From assembly GCA_963733055.1 (NCBI GenBank), contig CAVTBR010000001.1, positions 1,344,001 to 1,408,000 on the forward strand: a stretch of 64,000 bases of DNA, in the 5' to 3' direction. This document shows positions 38,753 to 48,849 of the stretch, in pieces; within the stretch, counting starts at the first letter, position 1, and the number at the start of each line of letters is the position of its first letter. The notes below the pieces were generated by a model. It was not told the origin of the DNA. It saw only the letters and a list, made by a program, of their open reading frames with translations, and made no database searches. The translations under genes were made by a program, and so were the position numbers. The DNA is from Candidatus Bathyarchaeota archaeon (GTDB lineage Archaea > Thermoproteota > Bathyarchaeia > 40CM-2-53-6).

Positions 38753-40183
38753 TCAATCATCGTGCTTCATTGCGTGTTGTAGTTGGTGGCGGTATTGGGC
38801 TGGTGTCATGAACGCTTCGCAAGCGCGCTGAACGACCTCGCTGAGCGCAGGGTGTATGTGCATTGCGTCTAGAAGTGGGCGTGCGCTTTGCTCGGGGGTA
38901 TACATGAGGTTTATGATCTCTTGGATCAGAACTGAAGATTGTGGTCCAATTATGTGGGCGCCGATTATTCTGAGGCTATCCTTTTCAACTAACACCTTCG
39001 CGAAGTAATTCTTCACAGCCATCGCTTCCCCCTTAGCCGTATCCTCGTAACGCTCGAAACCGATCAGAATATTCTCCTCGCCGAATTTCTCAATTGCCTC
39101 CTTTTCTCTGAGTCCCACGCTAGCAATCTCGGGGTCTGAAAAGACAGCGTGCGGGACAGCGTGATAGTCGACAGGAACTTTCTGTTTGAGCACAGCGTTG
39201 TAGTAAACCACGGTGACCTCGTAGTTGGCCTTGTGCTTGAACAGATACTTTCCATTCGCATCGCCGAATCCCCACACATTTGGCGACGAAGTCTCAAGAA
39301 ACTCGTTGACCACAACCCAACCGTGGGTGTCGGTTTTGATTCCCGCACGTTCAGGATGAAGAATGTCGGTTGTGGGTCCTCGTCCTGCGGCGACCATGAT
39401 CTCATCCACCAAAAGACTTGTACTCTTCCCAGTCTGCCGATTTATGGAAACAATCTTCTTCTTACCCTCGGCACGCGTCGCTTCCAGGACCTCGTAACCC
39501 GTCAAGATCGTAGCCCGCTGACCAAGTTCCTGCGTCGCTAAGGCAGCTATCTCGGGTTCCTCTTGAGGGAGAAATTGCGTGTTCCTACCGATTATCGTGA
39601 CCTTCGAGCCCATCGCCGAGAAAAAGTGTCCGTACTCTGCGGCTATGTACCCCCCACCAACAATCGCCAAACTCTCCGGCAGCTTCGTCAGGTAAAGTAT
39701 CGAGTCGCTTGTGTGGTAACCCACCTCCTTCAATCCTTTGATTGGTGGGATGGTTGCCTTCGAACCTATCGAGAGAAGAATCATATTCGATTTAATCGTC
39801 TCATTTTCGACTTTCAGCGTGTAGGGTGCAGTGAATTCAGCTGGGGCGTGGAAGTAGTCGAGGTTCGGTGAACTTGAGAGACCCTCTCTAATCGAATCGA
39901 TGTCATGGTCGATTATCGTCCGCATCCGTTTCATGACCTTCTCAAAACTGACTTTCTTGAGGTCAACCTCGATTCCGAAAACCCCCGCATTTTGGATCGT
40001 CCGAACAACTTCTGCTGGGTACAGCAAGATTTTCGAGGGAATGCAACCCCGTGTTAAGCATATGCCGCCCGGTTCGTCCTTGTCGATAATGGCCGCCTTG
40101 ATGTTCGGGTTCCTTTGCATCATGTCATTTACAACGTAGATTCCTGACCCCGTCCCAATCGCGATGACGTCGTATTCCTTCAA
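38753..40183 (-). CDS. Pyridine nucleotide-disulfide oxidoreductase (dihydrolipoamide dehydrogenase/mycothione reductase-like)
   Basis: GGICLTRGCIPSK, GGGYIAAE, HIHPALSE. Confidence 0.88.
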   Translation of the reverse strand: MKEYDVIAIGTGSGIYVVNDMMQRNPNIKAAIIDKDEPGGICLTRGCIPSKILLYPAEVVRTIQNAGVFGIEVDLKKVSFEKVMKRMRTIIDHDIDSIREGLSSSPNLDYFHAPAEFTAPYTLKVENETIKSNMILLSIGSKATIPPIKGLKEVGYHTSDSILYLTKLPESLAIVGGGYIAAEYGHFFSAMGSKVTIIGRNTQFLPQEEPEIAALATQELGQRATILTGYEVLEATRAEGKKKIVSINRQTGKSTSLLVDEIMVAAGRGPTTDILHPERAGIKTDTHGWVVVNEFLETSSPNVWGFGDANGKYLFKHKANYEVTVVYYNAVLKQKVPVDYHAVPHAVFSDPEIASVGLREKEAIEKFGEENILIGFERYEDTAKGEAMAVKNYFAKVLVEKDSLRIIGAHIIGPQSSVLIQEIINLMYTPEQSARPLLDAMHIHPALSEVVQRACEAFMTPAQYRHQLQHAMKHDD

Positions 40184-40305
40184 CTGCTTATCATCATGGG
40201 AAGCGCTTGGCCGACTGATAATCGCTTTGGACTATGAGTATCAGGCTTGAAACGTGCTTCGATGCTAAACGCTTAATCAAAACCCCATCTCTTCCTTGAA
40301 ATGTC

Positions 40306-41076
40306 ATGTCAACCGAAACACGTGTTACGCGTAATTTCTTCGATGCTTCACGCATATGGGCGACTGAAAGCGGGGGGAAGATTGAGGACTTTTCCGGAGT
40401 GAGGTGCATCAGAAGCCCCATCCCACACGCCGACTTCAACTGTGCCATGGTATGGGATAAGGCCGGGCTGCGACCCGAAACTCTGGAGAGGGTAAGGACC
40501 TTCTTTGAAGGACAAAGGTCTGAATGGGAGATCGTTGCGCCCCCATCTGTTGGGGAAGAATTCTACGAGGTACCTCGGCGCATCTCCGTCACGCGGTTTT
40601 TGAGGGAGCCTGAGATGATTTTGCATAAGGAATCAGCCACTCTCCGACCTCCGCCTTCGGACTTGGAAATTCACCGAGTTCATGATCTGAGCGAACGCCT
40701 TTCTTGGGAGCGGACTGCAGCTCTCGGCTTCCAGATGCCTGACCCAAAATTCTTCGATCAGTTAGCAACCCCTCAGAGCCTTGCAATAGAAGGGTTGACG
40801 TACTACTTGGGAATCTGTGCTAGTAAACCGGTAGCAACCGCAATTCTGTATGAATCCGAGAATGTTGCGGGAATTTACGGTGTGAGCACCATCCCAGAAT
40901 TCAGGGGTAGAGGTTTCGGTGCAGCTATGACTGCGTTTGCGGTGATGGATGGATTTCAAAGGGAGTGTGATCTCTCGTCTTTGCAGGCGGGACCCATGGG
41001 ATTTCCGGTGTATCTGAAAATGGGGTTTCGTCACATTCTAGATTACCTGGTCTGGGTCGTTTCCCCTCGAGCGTAA
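40306..41076 (+). CDS. GNAT N-acetyltransferase
   Basis: VSTIPEFRGRGFG, YLKMGF. Confidence 0.85.
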   Translation: MSTETRVTRNFFDASRIWATESGGKIEDFSGVRCIRSPIPHADFNCAMVWDKAGLRPETLERVRTFFEGQRSEWEIVAPPSVGEEFYEVPRRISVTRFLREPEMILHKESATLRPPPSDLEIHRVHDLSERLSWERTAALGFQMPDPKFFDQLATPQSLAIEGLTYYLGICASKPVATAILYESENVAGIYGVSTIPEFRGRGFGAAMTAFAVMDGFQRECDLSSLQAGPMGFPVYLKMGFRHILDYLVWVVSPRA

Positions 41077-41152
41077 TACCACTTCGGCCCGATGTTCGGC
41101 CAAACCCACAAGAGATATTTCGTATAATCCTGACTATCGATTGTGGTGACGC

Positions 41153-41788
41153 GTGATGAGCGAGGGCGATCTTTCTACTGCCGGGTTAGGGAAGGGTAGG
41201 ATCGAGGCTCTTAGTGACGGTATCTTCGCTACCGTCATGACCGTCCTAGTGCTCAGCCTCAGCGTCCCAGTGGTTTCAGGGGCCCCACGGCCGTCGGAAC
41301 TCATGAGCGACTTAGTATCATTGTTGCCCAATATTGCTGGGTATATTGTTAGTTTCGTGGTGATCGGCGTATACTGGGTGGGACACCACGCCCTCTTCCA
41401 TTTCGTGAAGCGGACCAACCGTTTCCTACTTTGGTTGAATATGATGTTCCTGCTCTGCGTGGGGTTCATCCCATTCTCAACCGCTTTGATTGGAAGGTAT
41501 CCGTTCCTGCAAATTCCTGTAATGATCTATGGCGGGAATCTGATCGCCGCGGGTCTCGCACTCTACACTACATCTTGGTATTGTATGAAGAACCGTCGGA
41601 TGGTCGACAAGGACCTACCGGAGCACGTTGTGAAGTTAGGAGGCAGGCGGATCCTAGTAGGGCCCATTGTCTACGCGGTAGCGGTGCTTCTCTCATTCGT
41701 GGATACGAGAATTAGTCTCGCCCTTTACGCCATCACGCCGATCTACTATATCCTACCTGGAAAAATCGATGTACACTTGTCTCGCTAA
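41153..41788 (+). CDS. TMEM175-family potassium channel
   Basis: RIEALSDGIFA..MT.LVL, YWVGHH, PFST. Confidence 0.9.
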   Translation: MMSEGDLSTAGLGKGRIEALSDGIFATVMTVLVLSLSVPVVSGAPRPSELMSDLVSLLPNIAGYIVSFVVIGVYWVGHHALFHFVKRTNRFLLWLNMMFLLCVGFIPFSTALIGRYPFLQIPVMIYGGNLIAAGLALYTTSWYCMKNRRMVDKDLPEHVVKLGGRRILVGPIVYAVAVLLSFVDTRISLALYAITPIYYILPGKIDVHLSR

Positions 41789-41975
41789 CCCCTGCCCCTT
41801 ACTGGTTCTTCCTCTCCCTAACTCGACGACTTACGCTCTGAGGAATCGGCCTGCACGCGCAGTTCTTTTGATGGGCTAGGTGCCAATTGATTCGTTGTTC
41901 CATGCTTGGTTTCTTGGGCATCCGATGTTTTTGATGCCAAGTCCGGTTGATTGTCGTATTCCTTCCCCCGAAGAG

Positions 41976-43310
41976 CTACTCGGAGCTTTCGACCTCGTCA
42001 CCAATCGCTGAGGTCATCGAAGCGGCAAGAGCTAACCACAATGCTGCCGCAATGAAAGTCGCATAGTATCCAACGTAGAAGGATAGTAGACCGGAGATGA
42101 ACGATCCGACCATCGTTGCCTGCCCTACGACCGCGCTGTAAACACCCAACGCCGATCCTTGGTTTGTCTTGCCTAAAGTGTTGAAGACCATCACGTTCGA
42201 GGCCGCGTAGTAGTACGCGTAGGCTATGCCGGCGCCAAGCGGGTACAGAATTAATGCGGCGCTCAGGTATGGTAATCCGACCAAGTACAAGACAGCGATA
42301 GCGAAACCTGCGTAACTGATTGCTCTAAGCAAAAGACCCTGAACAGCTGTGCGCCTAATCCCCGTTACCCGGATCCGTTTACCTAGGTAACTGAACGCGA
42401 GAGTTTGCACAAATATGCCAACTAACGAAACCGAGAACACCTCGCTCTTGGATACTCTCGCCGCAAAGAGTGACGGAACGAGTGAGGTGTTGAAGAGTCC
42501 GCTGGCAAAGTAGAATGCGCCGATTGAGAGGTAGATGAGGGCGGGTTCCCTCGTCAACCCGAACTTTACACCGCGAAATATCCGGCGGAAGTCCATCAGT
42601 TTCGGGATTTTCAAAAACAGCATCGGTATTGCTAGGATCAGTTGATAGAAGCTCTGACTAACCATCACAATCATTGAACGTTCGAATACGGTGACAGGTT
42701 CCTTGATCATCTGTACCGAGAGCCCGGCCGAAACCAACGACAGCGCGCCGAGGGCTATGACGAGCAAGTGGAAGGGGAGAAAGTCAGCCCAGCCTACGCT
42801 TAGTAGCAGGCCCATGGTGACGCCTACGCTTGTAATCATTGAGAAACGCGCGAACGCTGATGCCCAACTAGCTTTGGGTTGGGTTTCCATTATGAGCAGG
42901 TTAAGTGGTGTGGCAAATGCTGATGAGAGAAATGAGAAAGCGGAATACACAACTATGATTCCGTAAACCGATCGGACGAAGATAAATGAAAACAGGATTC
43001 CAGCTATGAGAACATAACTCCAAACCACCAGGGCCTTTCTCGTATGGATTCGGTCTGTTACGAAACCCCAGAAGATCGCGGCTGGTATGCTGGCGGCGGC
43101 GAAGAGAGTCGAAGCCACACCAATATCCAGCACTGAACCGTGCAATTCAAGAATGTAGAGTTGGGCGAAAGTGCTTACCGGGCCTATGGCCATGTTAATC
43201 GGCAGGATCGAGTAGATCCAATTTCCGGAACGCGCTCTACTTGCGGACTCCAACTGCCATCCCTGTTCCGATTCACAACTCGACGGCCAAGCTGGGACGA
43301 GACACTGCAA
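41976..43310 (-). CDS. MFS transporter
   Basis: About 12 TM; WGFVTDRIHTRK; start probably further in. Confidence 0.82.
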   Translation of the reverse strand: MQCLVPAWPSSCESEQGWQLESASRARSGNWIYSILPINMAIGPVSTFAQLYILELHGSVLDIGVASTLFAAASIPAAIFWGFVTDRIHTRKALVVWSYVLIAGILFSFIFVRSVYGIIVVYSAFSFLSSAFATPLNLLIMETQPKASWASAFARFSMITSVGVTMGLLLSVGWADFLPFHLLVIALGALSLVSAGLSVQMIKEPVTVFERSMIVMVSQSFYQLILAIPMLFLKIPKLMDFRRIFRGVKFGLTREPALIYLSIGAFYFASGLFNTSLVPSLFAARVSKSEVFSVSLVGIFVQTLAFSYLGKRIRVTGIRRTAVQGLLLRAISYAGFAIAVLYLVGLPYLSAALILYPLGAGIAYAYYYAASNVMVFNTLGKTNQGSALGVYSAVVGQATMVGSFISGLLSFYVGYYATFIAAALWLALAASMTSAIGDEVESSE

Positions 43311-43429
43311 CTAATGAATATGAACCTTCGATTTAGTCAAAGAAATAGAAAGTACACGTTGCCTCGTTGCCGAATTTACCTGCTTCGGCGCGGGTGTGAA
43401 GCTAGGTTCCAACCGTAGCCGAGTCTTTC

Positions 43430-43909
43430 CTACGATATGTAGTAGGCGAGATAAATAGTCAAAGCGATTGGGATCGTTGCAAAATACCACGTGGGCACCA
43501 TAACTCCGAATAGGTTCACTAACCCGAGAAATGAATCCTCGCCACCCGTAATCCAAAGGCCTGCCAACGGATCGGTGCTCATCGGAGCGAAAAGTCTCAA
43601 CGTGTAATACACCGCGTCATAAATCGTGACCGCACAGAGAAAATTCGCCAAGGATATTGCAAGTCTTCTGTTCAGTCGCGACAGGTCCTCTCGGTGCAGA
43701 AGGAGATTATCGAGAATCGGTAGAAATGTTACTAATGCTATCGCGGGGAACAGTGGAAATAGGACGTATGGTGGCATGCCAAGTACTGTGCTGTGTCCGA
43801 TCTCCCTGTACGGAACTCCGTCAAGTGTTACATAGTAATATTCGAAGTACGCGAGCAGGAAGGCGAGAGCCGAAGAGAGCACGAGGCTTACAGGCATTTC
43901 TTTCCGCAT
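43430..43909 (-). CDS. Hypothetical membrane protein, last gene of polysaccharide operon
   Basis: ATG overlaps upstream TGA; about 4 TM. Confidence 0.6.
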   Translation of the reverse strand: MRKEMPVSLVLSSALAFLLAYFEYYYVTLDGVPYREIGHSTVLGMPPYVLFPLFPAIALVTFLPILDNLLLHREDLSRLNRRLAISLANFLCAVTIYDAVYYTLRLFAPMSTDPLAGLWITGGEDSFLGLVNLFGVMVPTWYFATIPIALTIYLAYYIS

Positions 43910-45750
43910 CAATCGTGTCCTCCAAAGATCTTCCTTGCAAACGGGTACGATGTGCATGTTGCGACGGCGGTAATGGAGAGGCCCCAGATAAACGACAACT
44001 GCCCAAGCCCAATGTTCGGTTGCCCGAATCCAACAACTATAGTGTTCACATCTTGCAGGAGAGGAGGCAGCATGATGTAGTTCCCCTTGAATACTGGCCA
44101 CTGTTTACCGTTTACCTGCACCCAACTGATCGGACTCTCCCCTGCAACTCTGATGGTTAGTTCGTTCTCGGTGAACCGGCCTAGGTTGATGGTAATCTGA
44201 GAACCGATGGAAACATTATAATGTGCATAGCTGATCGCCCGCGCCGATTCGAATCGCCCAATCGCATCGATCGTCGGTGTCCATGGTTGGGTGTGTTGCA
44301 GAATGTAATGGAGTGTATCTGAGCCGATAGTATATTCCAAGTCATCATAAAGGTGGTCGTACTGGAGAAGTATCCCGTTAATGCTGAGTAGCTGATTCAC
44401 GTTTGCCTTTATCCAATTCTCGTATTCCATCGTGACGCCTAGCGGTATGTAGCTGAGGGTTTCAGGAATTAGCACGAGCGCGGGTTGAGTGCTGTTCGGG
44501 GGATACCAAATGTCGAAGAAGGGGCTGTTCGGGTCCGCGAACAGGTACTTGAAACCCAGCGTGGTAATCGCCGTCATCGTATCGCTATCGGAGGCATAGT
44601 GGGGGGCTTCAAAGGTAAGCAGCTTCGTATTGAGTGTCTTCTCGATCTCATTCTTGCCTAATGAAATTCGCTGAAACTGCTCGCTATAGCTCATCCAGGT
44701 CCCGTTCACCAGAAACTCGGTTTCGACTCCTGTCTGAGCAGATCCAAATTGGTGAGTGTATCCGTGCTCCGCAATCGTTCCACCACCTACGATTACAGCG
44801 TGAAGCCAATCACGCAAAGGCGACGCGGAATCGGCGTTTAGGGGAATCTCGATTTGTTTGGGTGGGTTCACGTATACCGGAATGAGCGCCACCGCAAGAG
44901 GAACGTTGTTTGCTCTGAACTCTTGGAGGAAATTGTTTGCTCTTGTAAGCCAGGCATAATCGGTGTGTAAGGGGTCGACGTCCTCTATTCTCTCGATGAA
45001 TACGGAATCCAAGTTACGTGGATATGGCCGCAGCATGACGCTAGGGGCTCCAGAAAGAAGGTTAGTTATCACTGAGACCAGAATCGCCGGCCGCGACCAC
45101 GGCAAATTCGCATCGGCCTTCCACCAATCAGAGACATCATATGCGAAGAAATACGAACTGGCTCCTGAACCTCTTTGGAAGTGTGTCTCCGAAGGGAAGA
45201 GATTCTGAGATGAGTTGCCACGGAAGTAGCCTTCTGCCGAGGCGCCCACTAATTCAACCTGTGACACGTTTTCCTGAAAGACTCCGGTGTTTGTTGTCAA
45301 TTGAGAAGAAGTAGATACTACTCCCATATTCTGAGCAGAGTCTTCAGATACGAAGTGTACCCCGAACAGTAGCTCCAAAGTTCGTTCACTCATCGCATCA
45401 ACATCTGGTCCAATGTACACAAGACCGCCGTTGTACGACGTCAACGCCGCGATGGCCCCCTGCCCTTGTTCTGTAAGTTGACGAAAGCCGGAGTCGTAGA
45501 TTATGATTAACGTGTACTTTGTGAAATCTGAGCTCTGGTTTCCTTTGAGAATGTCATACGGGTATCCAAGTTGGCGCAGTAAATCGCTTAAGTGAACAAC
45601 GTTTGTTCCTAGTCCTTCATTCTCGACCACTCCGACTCTGAACGAATGGGACGGTGTTTGGGCCTGTGCGTACGCGAAAAATGAAGAGGCGGGCGCAAGA
45701 GCGAAGAGCACCAACAGTAGCGCTAAGAAGGTTGTTGCTCTCGCCTTCAA
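43909..45750 (-). CDS. Secreted/anchored polysaccharide deacetylase-like protein (DUF2334/NodB fold)
   Basis: Signal peptide; RIEDVDP, EHGYTHQ, EF, FEAPHY; C-terminal TM. Confidence 0.8.
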   Translation of the reverse strand: MKARATTFLALLLVLFALAPASSFFAYAQAQTPSHSFRVGVVENEGLGTNVVHLSDLLRQLGYPYDILKGNQSSDFTKYTLIIIYDSGFRQLTEQGQGAIAALTSYNGGLVYIGPDVDAMSERTLELLFGVHFVSEDSAQNMGVVSTSSQLTTNTGVFQENVSQVELVGASAEGYFRGNSSQNLFPSETHFQRGSGASSYFFAYDVSDWWKADANLPWSRPAILVSVITNLLSGAPSVMLRPYPRNLDSVFIERIEDVDPLHTDYAWLTRANNFLQEFRANNVPLAVALIPVYVNPPKQIEIPLNADSASPLRDWLHAVIVGGGTIAEHGYTHQFGSAQTGVETEFLVNGTWMSYSEQFQRISLGKNEIEKTLNTKLLTFEAPHYASDSDTMTAITTLGFKYLFADPNSPFFDIWYPPNSTQPALVLIPETLSYIPLGVTMEYENWIKANVNQLLSINGILLQYDHLYDDLEYTIGSDTLHYILQHTQPWTPTIDAIGRFESARAISYAHYNVSIGSQITINLGRFTENELTIRVAGESPISWVQVNGKQWPVFKGNYIMLPPLLQDVNTIVVGFGQPNIGLGQLSFIWGLSITAVATCTSYPFARKIFGGHD

Positions 45751-45757
45751 GGAGTTT

Positions 45758-47200
45758 TCAGCTCTCTGATATGATCGCGGGGATCTCCGAGGGTTTCTCC
45801 TTTTCGGCGACTCTCGCCGTCTGAACCCATTTCGGCTTGTCTCTCATCAAAACGTGGGTTACAGCTCTCAGGCAGCACGGTATCCAGTGGTACGTGTACG
45901 CCGACGTTACGATTAGTAGTGGAACAAATCCTCTCTTCGACAGCCAGGGAGATCGTCTGGTATCACCCGCCTTCTTGTCCTCCCTGATGCTCATCATGAG
46001 GCCATACGTCATTAGAGGAAAGAAACTGACGCCGTTTGCGATCATGAAGTACATTGGAAACGGATTGTATGTGGTTATCAAAGCCGCGACCCCGAGCAGT
46101 GAGATCACCCAAGTTACTAGCATGACGGGTGGAATGATTATGAATGATATGTAGTAGGCGATGTCCACTTTCTTGATCAGTTTTACTTTCGATGACACAA
46201 TGGATCCGGTCAGCACATATTCCTGAAGCGCTTGGTAAGTTCCCCATGCCCATCGTGTCCGCTGCTTGTACAGGGCACCCCAACTATCAACCCCTTGTTG
46301 CTCCACGTGGGTTGTGGAAAGGAATTCGTTCTCCCAACCTTTGAGTAGAAGCCTCGTGCCTATGTCTAGGTCTTCCGTAAGCGCTCCTCTCTTCCACCAT
46401 TCCCCATTCTCTAGGATAATGGACTCCAGAGCAGTGCTTCGAATAAACTGACCATTTCCGCCAAGCGCTACTGCGCCTTTGAATATATTTCTGACAAACT
46501 GTGTGACCCGGGCAAAGGTTGAGAACTCCACTTCTTGAAGTAGACCTAAGAAATTGTCGTACCTATTGCCGATCCTGACAAGTGTCTGAACGGCCCCGAC
46601 TTCCGCTTTGGTGAACTGAAATGAGGTCTTCTTCAGCATATCTTCTTTGGGTCGTCCGTCTGCGTCGAAAACTCCTATTACCCAATCGTTTCCGGTGTGT
46701 TGACCTCTCTGAAGGAGATACTTGTATGCCGTGTTTAGGGCTTGGCTCTTTCCGTGGCCAGACTCTTCGGGAGGGATCGTTAGAATACCGAGGTTAGGGA
46801 ACTCATTTTGTAAGTTGACCGCAATGTGCCTGGTATGGTCTGTGCTTCCGTCGTCGACCAGTAGTACTTCGAAAAGTTCCTTTGGATAGTCGAGTGTTAG
46901 AATCTTCCTGAGTGTTCTCTCTATGACTGATTCCTCATTTCTGGCTGGAACCATTATGCTGAAGTAGTGACTGGTCGATTCCTTTTCCACTTTCAACCTT
47001 CTTCGGTCATGAACGGCCACTACGGATATCAGGGTCAGGTTGTATAGGGTGCAGAATACGAAGAAGAATATTGTCAGTAAGGTAGTGTCTATACCCGGAT
47101 TAGCCGACGTGGCCGCATGCGTGATGAGTATTGGACCCAGCAAGGTGAGAAAGAATAGGAGTAGGGCGAGGCCTAAACCGACCGCGACGAATCCCGCCAA
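45758..47200 (-). CDS. Processive GT2 membrane glycosyltransferase (synthase-like)
   Basis: PARNEE, DDGSTD, DAD, TED, QRTRW, flanking TMs. Confidence 0.9.
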   Translation of the reverse strand: MAGFVAVGLGLALLLFFLTLLGPILITHAATSANPGIDTTLLTIFFFVFCTLYNLTLISVVAVHDRRRLKVEKESTSHYFSIMVPARNEESVIERTLRKILTLDYPKELFEVLLVDDGSTDHTRHIAVNLQNEFPNLGILTIPPEESGHGKSQALNTAYKYLLQRGQHTGNDWVIGVFDADGRPKEDMLKKTSFQFTKAEVGAVQTLVRIGNRYDNFLGLLQEVEFSTFARVTQFVRNIFKGAVALGGNGQFIRSTALESIILENGEWWKRGALTEDLDIGTRLLLKGWENEFLSTTHVEQQGVDSWGALYKQRTRWAWGTYQALQEYVLTGSIVSSKVKLIKKVDIAYYISFIIIPPVMLVTWVISLLGVAALITTYNPFPMYFMIANGVSFFPLMTYGLMMSIREDKKAGDTRRSPWLSKRGFVPLLIVTSAYTYHWIPCCLRAVTHVLMRDKPKWVQTARVAEKEKPSEIPAIISES

Positions 47201-47211
47201 GTTCTATAACC

Positions 47212-48363
47212 TCAAGAGATTCCCAGGATGGGAATTGGGCTAAGTTGTCCTGCGGATTCTAAGATGTCAGCCACATAGCTCGTGATTCTGCTGCCCGCCA
47301 ACCCGTCTCCAAAGGGAGACATTGACGGTAGCCTTTCCGGGTTGTCCAACCCCTCATTTACGCAGCGTAGGATGTTGTCTCTTCGAGTGCCAGCCAATTC
47401 TGCAAAGCCCGAATCCACGGCTTCTGGTCTCTCCGTTGAGGTCCGCATAACTACGACGCGCTTGCGAATTTCCGGGGCTGTCGCTTCCTCTTGCAATCCG
47501 CCCGAGTCCGTCAGCACAAGCGAACAATTTTTCATTAGAACCAATAGGTCATAGTACCCTACGGGCGGCAGCAGTTGGATGTTTTGACTCTCCAACAGCT
47601 TGTCCAGCAAGCCGGCTCGTTTGAGGCGTTCGACTGTCCGTGGGTGGACGGGGAATACTATTGGAAGGGGCGAGTCGAGGAAGGCACCGACGAATTCTTT
47701 CAGGACGTTCGGGTCGTCGACATTCTCTGCCCTGTGCGCCGTTGCTAATATGAACTCACTGAAGCGTAACTGCTCTAGAATAAGCGAGTTGGCTTCTGCT
47801 ATTGGGAGGTTACGCATTATGGCATCGATGACTGTATTTCCAGTGAGCCGCTTGATTCCCGGAGCCTTTTCGGCGACTACGTTTCTCAAGGCAGTTTCGG
47901 TTGGGGCGAAAAGATAGTTTGAGGAATGGTCAACCATCCTCCTATTGTGCTCCTCGGGCATTCTCCAATCGTAACTCCTCAAGCCCGATTCTACGTGGCC
48001 GACTGGGATTCCCTCTTTGAGAGCTGCAATGGTGGCTGCCAGAGTCGTGTTAGTGTCGCCTTGGACAAGAACGAGCGACGGCGTGAGCTGTCTCAGGGCT
48101 GCGGCTACTCCCATTATGATTTGCCCGGTCAAGTCGGCCGGATTGTTCGCTCTATCATTGAGTTCGTATTCGGGCTTTGGATAACCTAGATCCTTGATGA
48201 ATGATCCTGAGAGTTCTTGATCGTAGTGCTGCCCGGTGTTTATGAAACTGAAAGGAGTGCGGCGCCGTTCGAGGGACTGGACGATGGGTGCCATCTTGAC
48301 CAGTTCGGGCCGTGTTCCTGCTATGATTGTGGCTGAGTTCAAAACTGGACCTCGGCCGGTCAT
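47212..48363 (-). CDS. wecB: UDP-N-acetylglucosamine 2-epimerase (non-hydrolysing)
   Basis: GTRPE, TGQH, GDTNT, HVESGLRS, PEEHNR, TDSGGLQEE. Confidence 0.93.
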   Translation of the reverse strand: MTGRGPVLNSATIIAGTRPELVKMAPIVQSLERRRTPFSFINTGQHYDQELSGSFIKDLGYPKPEYELNDRANNPADLTGQIIMGVAAALRQLTPSLVLVQGDTNTTLAATIAALKEGIPVGHVESGLRSYDWRMPEEHNRRMVDHSSNYLFAPTETALRNVVAEKAPGIKRLTGNTVIDAIMRNLPIAEANSLILEQLRFSEFILATAHRAENVDDPNVLKEFVGAFLDSPLPIVFPVHPRTVERLKRAGLLDKLLESQNIQLLPPVGYYDLLVLMKNCSLVLTDSGGLQEEATAPEIRKRVVVMRTSTERPEAVDSGFAELAGTRRDNILRCVNEGLDNPERLPSMSPFGDGLAGSRITSYVADILESAGQLSPIPILGIS

Positions 48364-48849
48364 CTCGCTGGCACGGTATATCAGTGTATTGTTACAGGTA
48401 CAGTGGCGTTCCATCGTTCACATTATGGTAGACGATTCGCATGATGAAAGGAGTATGTTCCTCCATCCTTTCTACTGTAAAGAGACATCTACCTTCTCCA
48501 CAAAATATCATGAGTTATTCAAGCCGGCAACGAACTGTAGCGGCTAGTTATCTCTCGAATCGATATGGAACACATATCCCCTCCACATACTCGCAACCAT
48601 ACTCTTTTTGTGGCAACTATGGGACGGACTCATTCGAGGTCCGACAATTTCGCAACAAAACTAGGCCGCTCGAGAGTTGAAGAAGTTGCTTGCCAATCTT
48701 GTGGATCACGATTACGGTCGAGGCTTCGAAGCGAACTCAGTGAAGACAAGCTAGCATTCTTGGGTCTAGCAAACGTAAAATATCAATTCAGCCTTTTTGC
48801 GAGAGGGTTCTACTTCCCTCCCCAGTGCGCATGGGAGGAAAAATCAAAA

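Noticed and set aside
48565-48849. Long N-terminal extension of the carA ORF
   Set aside because: Not CarA-like; an SD lies at 48833, so the upstream in-frame ATG is probably incidental.
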